Shown here one piece after another: positions 61,958 to 64,000 of a stretch of DNA of 64,000 nt. The stretch covers positions 448,073 through 512,072 of the forward strand of contig CAVUJA010000002.1 of assembly GCA_963741715.1 (NCBI GenBank), in the 5' to 3' direction. The stretch's first letter is position 1, and each line of letters starts with the position of its first letter. This stretch comes from an uncultured Acidobacteriota bacterium. GTDB taxonomy: Bacteria; Acidobacteriota; Vicinamibacteria; Vicinamibacterales; Fen-181. The notes beneath the pieces were generated by a model. It made no database searches. It saw nothing but the letters and a program-made list of their open reading frames with translations, and was not told the DNA's origin. The position numbers were made by a program, and so were the translations under genes.

Positions 61958-62389
61958 TCAGAGCACGCCGATTTGCCGCAGGAACCCCACCTGGTCGTAG
62001 AAGAGGTTCTCTTCGACGATCTCGCCGTCCTTCCAGCGCGCGACCGTGCAGAACTCGAGCTCGAACGTCTTGCCCGTCGCCTCGTGCACCTTGCCGTCGA
62101 GCCCCGTCCACGGGCCGATCATCTTCCCTCTCCACTTGGCAATCGTGCAGGTCCAGTCGCCCGAGCCGAACATCACGCGATACGGGTTGTTGTCGAGGTG
62201 GTTCTCGATCGACTTGAAGAACGCCTCGGACTCCATGTGGTGCGCGTCTCGGCCCCGCGTCGGATCGGGCTGGCCCGGCCAGTACACCTTCGTGTCCGCC
62301 GAGTGGCGCTTCCGAAACACACTCCAGTCCTGCGCGTTCCAGGCGTCGTCCAGGGTCTTCATCCGCTGCAGGTTCTCTTCAGCGCTCAT
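61958..62389 (-). CDS. SnoaL-like/ester cyclase family protein
   Basis: DDAWNAQDW, TGKTF...WKDGEIVEE...YD. Confidence 0.85.
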   Translation of the reverse strand: MSAEENLQRMKTLDDAWNAQDWSVFRKRHSADTKVYWPGQPDPTRGRDAHHMESEAFFKSIENHLDNNPYRVMFGSGDWTCTIAKWRGKMIGPWTGLDGKVHEATGKTFELEFCTVARWKDGEIVEENLFYDQVGFLRQIGVL

Positions 62390-62646
62390 CTGTCACCTCG
62401 CTTCCATCCGATCAGGCACGCGCCCGCACACGACGAGGCGCGGACGTGCGTCCGAGGACGACAATGGTTGACGACGGTGAAAACCCGATACTCTTGATTC
62501 TAGAGCGAAGGTGTGGCGCGCGCGGTGGGGAATCGGCGAAGCCATCCGGCCGGCTGAGCTGGCGTGAGCCGCGCCTGCTCGGCGAGTTTCGGCTCGGCAG
62601 GCGGTCCAGCTGCCCGAGCTTCTCTCTGCTTACCCCCGGCGGGCTT

Positions 62647-63054
62647 TCACGCGGCAAACGGATTGCGAATCGTGAGGCGGCCGCCGATGACCTGTCCGGA
62701 TTGCATATCCTCCGAGTAGAGCGTGCTGCAGGCGGCTTCGAGGGCAGTCGCGACAATGAGAGCGTCGTAGATGTGAAACCCATGATGCGCTGCCAGTCGG
62801 AGCGCTGCGTCATGCGTCTCTACTGTCATTGGGACCACGGATGGGCACAGGATCCTCAACGCCTGCAGCGCGCGAGTCGTGTCCTGCCAGGACATTTTGA
62901 GCTTGCGATGCGCAACCGAAGCCAGCTCATTCAAGACCTGGACGCTGACAATGCCTCCCTGCTGGACCAGTGCCTCAGCGACGGGAGTCCGCACATCGTC
63001 CTGCCCGATGGTGTACAGGAGAATGTTGGTATCGAGGAAGACCCTGTCGCTCAT
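62647..63054 (-). CDS. vapC: PIN-domain toxin
   Basis: FLDTNIL, QVLNE, YDALIVA, YSED. Confidence 0.9.
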   Translation of the reverse strand: MSDRVFLDTNILLYTIGQDDVRTPVAEALVQQGGIVSVQVLNELASVAHRKLKMSWQDTTRALQALRILCPSVVPMTVETHDAALRLAAHHGFHIYDALIVATALEAACSTLYSEDMQSGQVIGGRLTIRNPFAA

Positions 63055-63281
63055 CGTGCGTTCGCCGATTCACGGTCGAACGTGAATCCCTCTGGGAGCG
63101 AACGGCGTAGTCGCCGGAGGCGTTCAATGGCCCTTGCCGCCCGCCGGTCCCGGCTCACACCGAAGGCCCGATCGCCGGCAACCACGATCTCGATCTGATC
63201 GCCCTCCTTCAGTTCCAACGCCTCAACGACCGCCGCGGGCAGCCGTATTGCGAGACTGTTCCCCCACTTCGCAACCTGCAT
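63051..63281 (-). CDS. vapB: AbrB/MazE-type antitoxin
   Basis: MQVAKWGNSLAIRLP; ATGA overlap with the toxin gene. Confidence 0.9.
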   Translation of the reverse strand: MQVAKWGNSLAIRLPAAVVEALELKEGDQIEIVVAGDRAFGVSRDRRAARAIERLRRLRRSLPEGFTFDRESANAR

Positions 63282-64000
63282 GAGACACCCTCCCCTGGCG
63301 GATATACACTCAGTTGAGTATATCATGATGGCGCTGACCGCGGACCTCGGGTTCGGCGCGTCAAGAGGGCGCCACGTCCCCACTTCAGAGTCTTCAGCTG
63401 GAGGCGTTGCGAAGGAGGACCTCTGCTTGCCAGCGAACGAGCTACGGCTTGGCAGCCAGCCCAGTCCACCGTGCATGGGCTGGTGAGATGACCTGCCAAT
63501 TCGTGTGGCGAAACCTGCGCACTCCCCCGCTTGCCGACCACGGTTGGCTCTGTTCGAGACCGTTGGCTCCACATGCAGGCTGTCTTCCGCCGGGGAAGCG
63601 AAGCTTGCAGGAGCCGCGGCCATGCTTCCCCGCCGTTTCGTCAACGTCCTCGCGAGGCGGAAAGGGCATAATCAGCCCTGTGGCCGCGCTGGTGTCAGGC
63701 CACGGGGCACCTCGCGAGAGCCGATGCGGCGTGGCTCATCTTGAACATTGGGAATCGAGACCACAGCGGTGGTGCCGACAGCGGCATCGGTGAGCCATGG
63801 CGGTAGCGAAGCAGTATTGGATATCGTGGGCCCTGTGCGCGGCGATGCTGGGGAGCAGCCAGCCGACGCGCATCGCGACCCAGACCACCCCTCGGAATTG
63901 GGGCCTCGATCGCCTCGATCAACGCGCCTTGCCGCTCGATGGCCGTTACCACGCTGGCGCGACCGCGGATACCGCTCCGGTGAGTATCTACATCATCGAC

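Noticed and set aside
1..64000. CRISPR array or cas genes
   Set aside because: No regularly spaced repeat-spacer array and no Cas motifs seen
63695..64000. ORF at the window end
   Set aside because: No recognisable motif and insufficient context

Overview
This is a GC-rich bacterial window. The gene content suggests Acidobacteriota/Vicinamibacteria (inference). Core-type genes at 1-5.9 kb lead to an intact tmRNA gene (ssrA, 6168-6520), followed by about 45-48 kb of tandem or nested genomic islands, with metabolic and transport genes resuming at about 54 kb. Two systems stand out. (1) A large serine recombinase gene runs across its own att site at the tmRNA 3' end. Integrated, it ends in a 38-aa antisense-tmRNA tail. 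A start-less in-frame HTH module lies beside a matching att half-site 44.5 kb away (51.0 kb, second copy at 45.6 kb). Excision would rebuild a palindromic attP (18-bp arms, central TC) and give a 626-aa recombinase-HTH fusion. (2) A WYL regulator and eight copies of a TGACC-N3-CC-TGTCA palindrome, each 11 bp upstream of a -10-like hexamer, appear to control an island-wide nucleic-acid-processing/defence regulon (ARPP-1, AddAB-like helicase-nuclease, HD, HDAC-like, NERD-helicase, vWA-ERCC4, thermonuclease, PD-(D/E)XK nucleases, papain-like peptidase). Also present: an IS3 element, three antitoxin/nucleotidyltransferase pairs, Fic, a TOTE-like primase-helicase, two extra tmRNA 3'-end repeats and many gene relics. 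Several genes are frameshifted (sequencing error or decay). All family calls come from motif recognition by eye, not from database searches.
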